From the NCBI GenBank assembly GCA_000002445.1, contig CM000207.1, positions 2,400,001 to 2,464,000 on the forward strand: a stretch of DNA of 64,000 bases, written 5' to 3'. The DNA comes from Trypanosoma brucei (Eukaryota). Both the position numbers and the translations under genes were made by a program. Below, one piece after another: positions 38,101 to 49,359 of the stretch (positions are counted from its first letter, which is position 1; each line of letters starts with the position of its first letter). A model generated the notes under the pieces. It did not search any database, had not been told where the DNA came from, and worked only from the letters and a program-made list of their open reading frames with translations.

Positions 38101-41100
38101 AGAGAGTTCTTGGGACAGAGACAAACACGCGCGTTACTATAACCTTACAAATGACTCGAATACAGATATCAAATGCAATATTCTAAATGAACAATAAAAA
38201 CAAGGCTCAAGAGGCAACAATGCATAAGATTCCATAGAGTTACTTGACATTAGCGTGAGGGTAGAAAAGAAAATGAAGAGATTTTGTGAATCTGGAAAAG
38301 GAAATGTGAGAACGCAACCCTACAACAGCTTTTAAAATATCCCATGGACTAAAGCGTTGAATAGAATTGACGGGAAAATGAGCAACCTGACAGTGAGCAC
38401 AAACAAGGGAAACTATGGCAAAGCTTACATAGTTAAGCTGTGGCATGTCAATTTAATTAAAACGTGCCAGAGTGAAGAGAGGATGCCATTCAGAGTTATA
38501 AGAAAGCAAAGCCATGAAAGTGTAATTGACACGATTACTTTGTTACAATCCGATACAAATACGAGTAAAACACAAATAATAATTATGGGAGCAAGCCAGG
38601 AGTTACCTGTGAAGGTGAAATTACTGCTGATTATAATAGTGCGAGTGGCTCTTGACACAAATGCGAAAACCGTAAGCACAGTTCAGCGTCCACGAGCTCA
38701 AACTGTGAAACAGGATGAAAGCTGGTCAACGGTGAGATTGTGAGGCCACATCGCGAGTCAGTCATCTAAAACAGTGTGAATTTCGTTCAAACATTACCCA
38801 GGTTATATTTGTTTCTGTTTGTAAACGTGTGATTAGGCACTAAACTTCAATTCTAGCAGTGTTTGAATTTGTAGTACATTTGATATTTACCTCTTTTGTT
38901 GGAAAGCCAGTACGATTTTACGGTTTTGCCGATTGTTCAACGTAGTCTTGAAAGGGCTCAAAAGCACAACTACGTGACTTCTTAACATTTCATCAGAGAT
39001 GCACTACACTACACTACACGGGTGAGCACATCGCCGTAACTCGGGGGCAGGTTTACTTTTTTGACTCAGCATCAAAAAGGTAGAACCTTGAATATGATGC
39101 AAGTGGACCTCAGGTGGGGACTATCTGGCGCAAGAAAACGCTAGCAGAACTCGGGTCTCTCCCTCACTTGAAGTAAAAATTGTGTTGCATTGCGGGCTCC
39201 GGTGACGATTGCTCACTCTTTATTCAGATTTTTGAGGTTACCAAGCATGTAAAGCTAAGGAAGTGCAGTTCTTTCTCTGTAGTTGTTGGGTGAGCGGTTA
39301 TGTAAATGGGTATATCTTCACATTTTTATATTTCAATGTTGGCTTTTACGAATTTTTTTGTTTGCAATGCGTTGAAATTACACGACAACGACGTGGCTCA
39401 GGGTGTTACATGTACTGATTTAATTTTTAACGCCATCTCAGTTAGTGAAAGGATACGATGGCGATCCGCAAAGGGAAGGAAAGAGACTTCCGGATTGCAG
39501 AGACGTACCAAAAATTGACAGGAATTTAGGTTGCTCAAAGGAAAATAATTATGGATACTAAGCGGTAAGAGACTTTGTGCTGGAGAGGCTTCTGGGGTTG
39601 GATTCTGTTTGAACAGAAACTGCACGCCATGACTGATAAGTGAGCTGGTTCCCCTGAGGCATAGACGGGTGAATAATGCTTTCCTCAGTTTTTTTGAGGG
39701 GGAATTCGTCGCTGTAAAAGAGTCACCTGGTGTGAAAAGGATTGATAGAGCGTATCCGAACATTTTAACTATTCCAATCTAAGGAACAAGAAGTGTGAAA
39801 CATCTGGTGAGAGTAGAACGTCTTGTTACCTTAGCTCCCTTGGGCGGAACACAGATTTAGGGTCGTGTAAAAGAGGGACGAGAGGTGTGTCTTCCTATTG
39901 AAGTTGGAGGTCTCTAGCTGAAAAAAAGCCACTGATTCTAGTGACATGAATAGTCCAGACAATATCCCTAGGCGCGCGCACCTCACAGGCCGGCAGAATA
40001 GTAAAACTCAATTTTCACTACAATCCAGTTACCAAACTGTACATTTAATCTTACTCTTCCCACTGTAAAAACATATAAGTGTTATTCAACTCGGGTGCTG
40101 AATCCATACCAAAGCACATAGAGGTAACAAATAAAAGCCTCTATTTCTGTAAACTAATTCACACTTGCTTGCGAATGCACACCTCTCCTTTAACATTCGT
40201 AAGACAGTATAGGGTTTTACTGAAGTCCTGGTTTACGCAAGATATTATATACGGTTGTTTACGCAGTCACCTCTACTGGTTTCTGGACAAGAATGTGACC
40301 AGCTGCAAAGCATGGCTCTCAATGGGAGTGATTTGCGAGTCATGTTAAAGAGCCATGCTATGGAGACTCATACATGTGTATATTATTGTTGGGGTGATTC
40401 ACCAGCCCTTTTTACAAAATGTGTAATATTCTCTTGCATTTGGCAGTGAAGCATAAAAGCGTGCTGCTGTTGTACTGAATATATTCCCTTTCCTCTGCGG
40501 TACCCTTCTTATCCTTTTTAAATGATGAACTTAGTGTGAATTAGAAGAGTGCACGAATTTATCCAAAATAGAGTGGGTGTAATGGGAAGACACATCACGT
40601 AGAGGACACTCCGTATGCTAGCAGCTGATGCTTACGGTTGGAAGTAGAAGAAGCATTCAGTATACGAGGCGTAGTGCCACCTTGCCATAAATTGGCTGTC
40701 GGGGTTGACAAGAGATCGCTGAAGTAGCAACTCTCTAAGGGCCACATAATGAAGATGTCCGCCATAATGTCGCTAAGACACACATGAAAACATGCACAGT
40801 GGTCGTGCCAAAGTATCCTCACCACAGTAGCAACACAAAAAGTAAGGGTGAGTTCCTATGGAAGAAAAATTATGCGATATTCCGGTAAGGCACTTGAAAC
40901 CCTTTAGTAGCAGGCGGTATCCAAGGATTGTTAACAACAAACATGGTATGAGAATCACAACACACAAGGGGAAAGAGGAACAATTACTCTTTGAATCTCA
41001 ATACTTTTAGAGGGTCGAACTCTCATCTGTCATCTGTCCCACGGTGGCACTCTCACACACCACATCAAGGGTGATGAGAGAATTTTTGTGTAAGCATATG

Positions 41101-42189
41101 ATGGTCAGTGAGTTGGTGAAAAATGGAGCATATTTGCAGCACTGCCGTTTTTGTTATTTTCTACTCCAGCACTTTTGATACAGTGGGCCATATCAGGGTT
41201 GTGCAATAAATGCGTAAAGTTGGTGGAGAAAAGTCTAACACCCTCTGCACCGCATCCTTACCAACAGAATGAGTAGCAGCAGCTCCCTGAGATAAATCAC
41301 TTCCCCCTTACAAGAATAGTTTAACAGAGGGCAGGCGAAAGGCACAGTGTTCGGCCTTTCAATGTTAAAAGCTGCAGTTAACTCCCTTCATTTTCTTACC
41401 AAACATCCCAAGACACAGCTTAAAGCACGGATTCTTTGTGAAATACTCGTCGGTGAGGAGAGGAAACGTGGATGGCTCTTCAGAAGGGACTGAATGTTAT
41501 AGCTGTGATAGGAATCCGTATTTACTTCGGGAAAGTCGTCACGAAGAAAACAGGGTGTGAGGTGTTGAGAGGACATTTTGAGGTCACAGTAATGGGGAAA
41601 CGCGGCGACACCCACTCCATGTTGAATTTATATCCACACCGTTAGTGTACTGGCAAATCGGATATCCGCAGCGCCTTCTTACCCATAGAGTGCAAAGTGA
41701 AGAATACAAACTGACATTGGCACTTTTCATTACTTCCAACATGTATTACACACGCGTTACTCGGATGTAAGATATCGTGTGATTACAGGAGTTATTTCAA
41801 ATATTAATAAAGCTATGGAGAGTAATAGTCTCCTTATCCTTTTTCACCCAATCTGTCATTTCATATAGTTTCTTCCATGAGAGTTCGATGATATGGAACA
41901 ATAATGTGTGGTGGAGCATATGTGTGAAAAGAGGAACTGACGGCACTTTTACTCTTGTCACCGGGTAAAATGAATTAGGAGCTATGGAAGACTTTCTCAT
42001 TGAGGGTTATGACGCTGCCTCACTATTTCATGGGATTCGTGCGAAGGGAAAACAGAAAAATTATGTTTCAGCAGTAGTCATGAAAATCTTACTTTTTTGT
42101 ACCTGAAGTAATAACCCTGAGAACACTGAAACACTTCCATGAGACGTGTAGAAGAATGTCGAAATGCCAAGAAAGATCATAATACTTCA

Positions 42190-42219
42190 CTTTTCTGTTT
42201 TTCTTTAATTTTGCTAAAG
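42190..42219 (+). promoter_or_regulatory. polyY tract + AG (42218-42219): predicted SL acceptor for array gene 5
   Basis: Conserved element (cttttctgtttttctttaattttgctaaAGacaagg). Confidence 0.45.
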
Positions 42220-42232
42220 ACAAGGGTGAAGC

Positions 42233-43654
42233 ATGCGGAGAAGTATGTACTGGGTTGTATTTTTAGTGGCGGCACTACAGGGTATTCATTTAGTGTCGGG
42301 GCAGGATATAGTGAATCAAAAGGAATTTGAAGCGTTGTGTCGAATTGTAAATTGGGCAGAAAAGGGACTGAAGCAGATAACTTTGGCACGACAGGTTACC
42401 CAAGAAGCTCAGAAAATAGGCGTGAGATATCTTGAAGTAGTCGGTGAGGAAAATGCTGCTGAGCTCGCCAAAACACAAGAAGATTCTTGTGCATATAAAA
42501 GGGAGGTTGGCGGAAGGAATTGTGTGCTGTACAAAACATTTTGGCAACATGCGCAGGAAGCATTGAAGGGGACTGCCAGATCGTCAGTCCATCACAGAGC
42601 AATGAATACATTGGAATATCATACAATTGAAAAAATAAAAGAAAAAGCAATGCACGGGGCAGATATATATCACGATGTTGGAGCGGAGAGTCTGTCAGTA
42701 AAGGTGGAAAAGATTGAGCGGAAAATCAATCAAGCCCTTTATGGAATGGAATATTTCACCGAAGAAATAAAGCCAGGAGGAGACAGGAGCAGAGTGTGCG
42801 GTCAAAGCTCGCGTAGTGAAATGATTATTGGAGGAAACTCACTGGCCGTGGACTTTTTGTGCTTGTGTGCAATGCACAGTTCTTGGAATGGAATAAAGGT
42901 ATGCTGCACAGACTGCACTACGGGAGAGAATAGCAATGAATGGGACCCAGAATCAAACGGAGTACAACGTTGGAAATTTTTGAAACAGAAATGTGCTGAT
43001 CATAATCCAAATTATTATGACACGGAGAAAAGACTGCGTAATGCAAAACAGAATTTTATGGATACAGTAACAACGATACATGGAAGAGGAGGAAGAACTT
43101 TGTACAAACTTGGGAAAAAGCAAAGCAGTGAAGTAAACAACTGCGGGGCGGGTACTGGCCGCGGGCAAGGAATATGCGTGCTATATAAGGGACATGGAGA
43201 GGAGCTGCCCTGGATGAAAGCGTTGGTAGAGGTCGAAAATGAGATGGAAGTTCTGCTTCAAGACAAACACAATAAGTCAGCAAAACTAGAGAGAATTAAA
43301 GAGCTAAGTCAAGAGATAGAAAAGTTAATCAAAGGTGATCCGGGGCGAGGAGGCCAACGGGGAAGACAGAAACGCAGTGTCAATCCCGAGAACAGTGTCC
43401 CAGAAACCCCAGCTGACCCGAGCGATCCGACACAGTCAGTCCCACATACCAATGAAAAAAAGCGAAGTGTAAGGAAACCGATATCAACAGGTAACGGTGC
43501 AACCAAAAGCTACAATAGCGAAGAGGATGATTCTTACGAATATGAGTGCGAGGGAGAAAACTCAGCATGCTCAGATTCGCCAGCAAAACCAACAGTAAAA
43601 AACAGCAAAAGTGCTATAAATTGTCCACTGGGATTAATTTTGCTTTTGGTATAA
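42233..43654 (+). CDS. array paralog 5 (473 aa), same family
   Basis: Signal peptide MRRSMYWVVFLVAALQGIHLVSGQ. C-terminus as paralog 4. Internal blocks are shared with paralogs 2, 3 and 4. Confidence 0.8.
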   Translation: MRRSMYWVVFLVAALQGIHLVSGQDIVNQKEFEALCRIVNWAEKGLKQITLARQVTQEAQKIGVRYLEVVGEENAAELAKTQEDSCAYKREVGGRNCVLYKTFWQHAQEALKGTARSSVHHRAMNTLEYHTIEKIKEKAMHGADIYHDVGAESLSVKVEKIERKINQALYGMEYFTEEIKPGGDRSRVCGQSSRSEMIIGGNSLAVDFLCLCAMHSSWNGIKVCCTDCTTGENSNEWDPESNGVQRWKFLKQKCADHNPNYYDTEKRLRNAKQNFMDTVTTIHGRGGRTLYKLGKKQSSEVNNCGAGTGRGQGICVLYKGHGEELPWMKALVEVENEMEVLLQDKHNKSAKLERIKELSQEIEKLIKGDPGRGGQRGRQKRSVNPENSVPETPADPSDPTQSVPHTNEKKRSVRKPISTGNGATKSYNSEEDDSYEYECEGENSACSDSPAKPTVKNSKSAINCPLGLILLLV

Positions 43655-46600
43655 ACGAAAAGCTCCAACACAAGGTAGAGAAAAAAAGAGGATATGGAAT
43701 TTGTTGTGTTTGCGGCACCTCAATATTCCACACGGAGGGAGATGGTGTGACTTTCAAAACTTGTACAGGAGACATGTGATGCGTCAGAGCAATCGTCAAC
43801 TCCAGTAGAGTCATCCTGGAAACCGCAACGAGAGAGGGAGATGTTGGGAGGGTTTATGCTTCGTGATACTGGTAATGCGTATTGTTGAGAACCTTTTCAT
43901 ACCAAAAGGAACACTACGAAAATTGAAAGCATTTTCTAATGATGGGAAAGCACATAGAGGCTATAAACAACTAAAATGTACCAACCGTACTGAGTGGGTG
44001 GTGTGAAAATAAAAAAGTATATGTTGTAGAGAATGTCGATACCGGAAGGCTACAAGAATGGAAGGAATAATAAATACAGAAAAAGAGACGCCATACTTTT
44101 CACTGAGCTATCTACAGGACATGGAAGGGATATTTCCAATGAGGAAGTTGGGAAGGTTTCAAACAAAAAAGGAGAAAACATATGAGTGATAATGTTAATG
44201 TAAGTAACGGAAGGAAGTGTTGCTTTGGAAAAAGACAGACAAATAACTGAAAGAGGGTTGACTGGAGAAAATGATGCCAGGTGAAACACATAAAAAAATG
44301 AGTTCGGGAAGCATGGATATTTCGAACTTGGAACATAAAGACAAAAGAGCAGGAAAAGTTGTGGGAAATGGCATGTTATATATTTGCATCGTAGTCGCAA
44401 AAAACTGTTTGTTGTGTTGAATGAGTGGAGAAACTGAGGCACTCACGGCCGCTGAATAAGAAAATGGAGAAGGAAAGCCATGGAAAGTAATGAGGGGATA
44501 TCTTGAAAGCCGCGCACACAGACACACACACGTGATAGCGGGGTGTGGAAAAGCAAGGAGTGGAACGAAAGCCTTCATCGCTATTATGGCTAAGAAATAC
44601 GACACCACCAGAATGCACTGCAGTGTTTAAAGGCAAACGAATTATTAAAGGGATCAGTATTATTGGCTGAAATACCTGTGGTATTAACTTTTGCGGTGCT
44701 TGAAGTGATGGCATGAAAAAGATTAGAAACCTCTCTTTGTTGTTAGGTCGGATGCATGGAAAAAAGAGAGTGCGTGGCTGCTCTAAGAATGTAACGTGCA
44801 AACTACAAGGCAGTAATAAAAGACCCCAAAGCAATTCCATGGCCAAAAGGACTTGATGGCGCCGTGGTTCAGACGAGAAATATCACACTACAGAATCCGA
44901 CATTGCATGGGACGCAACTGCGTATCAACGCGGCAGTGATATAAGCTATCAAAACAAAAAATTATGCAATCACGGAGGTTTTTCATGCAGCAGCGTTGTC
45001 TACTATGGAAAATGCAGTAACCACTGAAAAGGAGGAAACATGCTTCAAGGAGCAAAAAGTAGCAGTGATTGCTGTAACAACAAGATTGTGAGTGGAAATA
45101 AAACAAACAGGAAGCTAAACTACGACCCAAGGATATTTAGAGTAGTATCGACACTGCCAAAGCATCACTAATGAATGCATATTTACCGAATGCGAATATA
45201 TATGTATATGTGAATATATACGTACATCAATATTCTACAAAAATAGTGCTTTGCAGCGTGTGAGACTTTCAAAACATTTTTTGTGGAACACTTAAGCATA
45301 ATTGTGATTAATGGAAAATTGATCTATGGATACCTTCTTTTTGCTACATGTATTTTGAATATGTTTCGGAAGAAAATGGTAATATCTCTGAGGTAAAATC
45401 TGGAACAATATAAAAGTGCTGGAGAAAATTTCTGGGTTTTACAGCAGCAATATCATGAACTACAACAGTGGTTATAAGATCTGTAAGACGGAAGTACATG
45501 TTTGTGCCATTGTACGATTTTCTTGATATATGCATTGAAGTGATTTGAATGAATAGAGGTGCAAGTCTCATGGAACATGCTCTTCATTCAACCAAGGCTT
45601 TTTAGGAATATGCAGCAAAAGTCGAAAAATGACTGACTTGACAACCAAAATGGCTTCCCTATTCTATTAGTGAAAATTCGAATGAAACAGCACATAATGG
45701 AACTACATGAAAATTCAAAGGAAATGTGATATCAAATTCCTAACCCGCTGTATCAAAATTCTCACACACCTTTCATAAAGGTATTTTAACATACATGTTT
45801 GAATTGAAAACACTCGACAAAATAATTTATGTGATATGCATATGAAATGTGTGATGAATTCTGCCCAATCGTGCTAATATCGCTATTATTGTTAAACCTC
45901 ACCTTACCATTTGTTTCAGCAAAGGCAAGAAGGAAATACTAAATGATGAAATACTGTTAAACGGTGAGGGTACAGAGGAATATCTTTTCCGGAACAGAGA
46001 GTAACTATCTGAGAGGAGTTTAATGAACCGTGTACAATGATAGTGTCAGCACACCAAGTCTTGGAACAGCATAAGCAGGCTAGGATAACAAAAGGGGAAG
46101 AAGTGACATCTGGTGCTATACAGTAACTAGCTTCAGAGGCAAAAGGAAAAGCTGCTCAATCCTATTGAAGCAATGTGACCTGCTTTCCCCTAGTCCTATT
46201 CCTGTTGCTGCGGTGCATAATATTTTGACAGCAATGTGATGCAGCACTCAGCCATTAACACTCTAGCCATAAATGTAGTATCTAATATGTGAATGGTAAC
46301 CCATGGCGATACATTCCATATGGAACAATATCACATTGTTAAATATGCGCATGGAATTAAAACTATAGCACTAAATTGAAAATGAAAAATTAGAAAAGAA
46401 AAAGATATGAATTATCAAGAGAAGCATATTCTTCACTGACATTCATTTATTTTAATATAATCATAGTTTGATGTTATATTAAATAATAAAGAGCCCAATA
46501 TACTGTATAGCAGAATGGCAACAATTTCACTATAGCACCTGTAAATAAGAATATGTAATAAAATAAATGATAAAAAAATAAATCAAAATACAGCAAGCAC

Positions 46601-47586
46601 TGCACACTATATTCTTCTTTCATAACCATGTGGCAGCATATGAATAGCTTTGCTCATTGGGAAAAAAAACTAATAAAGTGGAACTTCACTCTGTTTCTGC
46701 CAAAACTGGTTAGTCAGCTGCATGTGGGAGTCAAAAAATTGAAAGTTTATTTTAAACAAATATAAAGGAAAGAGAAACTTAGGAAGAAGCCATGAGGGTA
46801 TCTGTGAGTTATGTGCTATTATGAAATAGAGTTAACTTCACAACCTTCAAGAAAGAGAGAATTTAATAATAAAAGTAAAATTCCAACGAAAATAAACTAA
46901 ATGAATATAACATACTTGTGCTGAAGCCTAACGTTCCAAATGTGAATGTAACAAACTGTCACTTAAAATGTAATGTTATCAATGCCTTCCTCTCCAAATG
47001 AAAGCTGCCACATCTCAATGTGTTCTTTCAAATTAATGTAACGGAACCAGATATGTTTGTATAATATTCTACAATGTCATTTGGCATTGTCCGATGCTCA
47101 CTAAAAAAAAAACTTATTCGTTTTGTTGCGATGTAGCTGTTGTCAGTGTTGTGCTCTTTTTCTTTTTCTTTTATTATTTTTTAACATACCGCTCCGCACT
47201 TCCGTAATCCCTTCAATATTCCTGTAGTTCCCATCATAAAAGATACAAAAGAAATCCATCAAAATAAAGTAACTGGAGTCCAAGATGTTGTAGAGCGCAA
47301 TGTATTTATTTTGAGTAATGGAATCCTGTGACATCAGAGACAATCATCTGCAATGAGTAAACTGAAACGTTCATTGACTTATGCCACTAAAGTAATAATT
47401 AAATTGTCAAATACACATTCCCATCGTGTAGTAAGTAATTCAAACAATTCTGTGACCACATGAAATACTTGAAGAAAAAGGAAACGCATACAATGCATAA
47501 GCCATTAGTAAAGTATAAATACAGTTTTTGGTATCGAGTCCATCATATGTTACAAAGCCGCATGTCACTAACACGCAAAAGCACAA
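43655..47586. terminator. convergent strand-switch region between the + strand array and the - strand gene run. The AT-rich unique part is 46180-47586.
   Basis: The last + gene ends at 43654 and the first - gene (RHS) ends at 47587. 46180-47590 is AT-rich unique DNA. In kinetoplastids convergent SSRs are Pol II termination zones (established knowledge, inferred here). Confidence 0.4.
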
Positions 47587-49359
47587 TTAATTCATCATCA
47601 TATTTCTAATCATCACCGATAGAGCTTGGCAACTGTACGATTCGATAACTCCAGCATTTCCATTCACTCTTATAACCTTTACCAACTTGTCCGTAACTTC
47701 ATTGTTTTGCCAGACACCAATATCTCCAATAATATCACTATAGGAATATTCACCCGACTTCTTCATAGTTTCCAACGCATCATGCACACTTTTCAGGCGC
47801 CATTCATAACAGCCTAAACCAAATATATAACGAGGCAGAGGCCCAATTGAATTAATACGTCCCTCCACTATTCTCCACTCATCTTCCATTTCCTTCCTCA
47901 ATTCGTATCTTCTTTTGTTGAATACCTTTTCCCTTGCATGTATTGACAGTTTTTTCCATGCCATAAATGCCTTGATGTCACACACATCATCGCAGTTCAT
48001 AATAATTTGGCGGCCTCCAGTATTTGTAGTCCACTCATCAAAATGGCCACTATTCGGGGAGGTGAGGAGAGTAACACCCCAAATATCAGAGGGCAGTTGA
48101 GTGTATAATAATTTTTGCATCATCCCACTTATGTCTATAATGATGTGCCCTCTTTTTTCATATTTCATATTATTTATTATCCGGACAGCAACTCCCGAGT
48201 CTTCGTACCGCACAACCCTCCCTCTTTCATCATCCTTTCTGTTGTATATCAGGAAGGAAACTTCTCCCAAGAAATATGCAACAACATCAAGCATTCCTTC
48301 ATTGAAGTGAAACAGTGAATAAAATAAAAATGATCCAAGGCCACACGATTTTCCAATACCGTGAGTACCAATAACAACATGTATCGGTGGCCTCACAACT
48401 GACCTGTCCACCCACCATGCTTTCAGCACTTGTTGGATTATATACCACACACGCATGATTTCGCGACGGATATATACATGCTGGGAAACTGCCTTGCACT
48501 TCTCACTGTAACCCAATACAAACCTGTTGTGTGGCCAACCTCTCTCCGATGTAAGAACAATAATTTCCAAACCATTGGGTCTTTCCTCCATTTCCGAATC
48601 AACATTCGCAGGTTCAGGAGTTACATCCACCTCTTCTTCGGTCCATATGCGCCGCGGTCTTCCACCGAATACCTTCATGCCAAGTGGCTCTTCATCATAA
48701 CCCGACACCACATAACTCCACGTCGCATTGCAAATGGAATCATACACTCCTTCAAGGTTTACAGCACCACCAGCTGTTTGAGCAGCTCGCTTTTCCGCTC
48801 TCTTGGCGGCCGTCACCGCAGCATCCAACCTTCCCCTCGCCATGGGACCAACAAATTCTCTTATTTCCCCTCTTCCCTTCTCCTCCCACTGCCTGAGGTA
48901 GTAAATTTCTTTTTCATCAAGATACCTTGCTTTCCCATTCATTTCAGAGAATTGGTTATATAATTCTTTATATTCCTCAAACTCATCAGTGCCTTGTATA
49001 TCCTCAAGAATCTCAGCATCAGCAATATATCTTCTGGGATTCTTAACAAAAATGGGCATCCTAACATTTTCTGCTTCAGCCACCGCAAAAGTCCCGCCAA
49101 CGAACTCCTGAATAAAGTCGTTCACCGTCATTTTACGCAGAACCGCATAATCTTCCAGCAACACATCTTCAACTTCACTGTTCATCGTCCAGTTGGGCCC
49201 CTCTTCAGTTCTCTGCCGTATTTGTGGAGGCTGAGCAGCAGGAGGAGGCGGCGGTACATTTTCATCCCGTGGTCTCCTCATGGCCACTTCAACGTTACCC
49301 GCCATTTGTTGGTTTGCATTATTTCTTTGTGGAGGTGCAGGTCTGTTTGCCCTTGGCAT
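47587..49359 (-). CDS. RHS: retrotransposon hot spot (RHS) family protein, 590 aa (short for the family; possibly truncated or variant)
   Basis: Contains VVIGTHGIGKS, matching the RHS central Walker-A-like motif GTPGIGKS with Pro to His. It has a Pro-rich basic N-terminus (PPPPPAAQPPQIRQR). It lies next to a surface-gene array, a typical RHS context. Recognised by motif recall only. Confidence 0.6.
   Translation of the reverse strand: MPRANRPAPPQRNNANQQMAGNVEVAMRRPRDENVPPPPPAAQPPQIRQRTEEGPNWTMNSEVEDVLLEDYAVLRKMTVNDFIQEFVGGTFAVAEAENVRMPIFVKNPRRYIADAEILEDIQGTDEFEEYKELYNQFSEMNGKARYLDEKEIYYLRQWEEKGRGEIREFVGPMARGRLDAAVTAAKRAEKRAAQTAGGAVNLEGVYDSICNATWSYVVSGYDEEPLGMKVFGGRPRRIWTEEEVDVTPEPANVDSEMEERPNGLEIIVLTSERGWPHNRFVLGYSEKCKAVSQHVYIRREIMRVWYIIQQVLKAWWVDRSVVRPPIHVVIGTHGIGKSCGLGSFLFYSLFHFNEGMLDVVAYFLGEVSFLIYNRKDDERGRVVRYEDSGVAVRIINNMKYEKRGHIIIDISGMMQKLLYTQLPSDIWGVTLLTSPNSGHFDEWTTNTGGRQIIMNCDDVCDIKAFMAWKKLSIHAREKVFNKRRYELRKEMEDEWRIVEGRINSIGPLPRYIFGLGCYEWRLKSVHDALETMKKSGEYSYSDIIGDIGVWQNNEVTDKLVKVIRVNGNAGVIESYSCQALSVMIRNMMMN

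Larger units (their letters stand above)
6910..46180 (+). repeat. head-to-tail tandem array, ~8.46 kb unit, 4 complete units plus a 5.4 kb partial unit, each carrying one surface-glycoprotein-like gene
   Basis: The unit-start string atgtcgctaagacacacatgaaaacatgcacagtggtcg recurs at 6910, 15369, 23822, 32285 and 40767 (spacings 8459/8453/8463/8482). Collinear conserved flanks and identical small ORFs recur in the track at fixed offsets. Similarity starts sharply at ~6910. It ends at ~46177, where unit 5 diverges from the position corresponding to ~37700 of unit 4. Confidence 0.9.

Noticed and set aside
6910-46180. VSG 70-bp repeat arrays upstream of each array gene
   Set aside because: No ~70-bp TRR-rich tandem repeats precede any of the five genes. 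The upstream 1.46 kb is unique-sequence-like and conserved between units.
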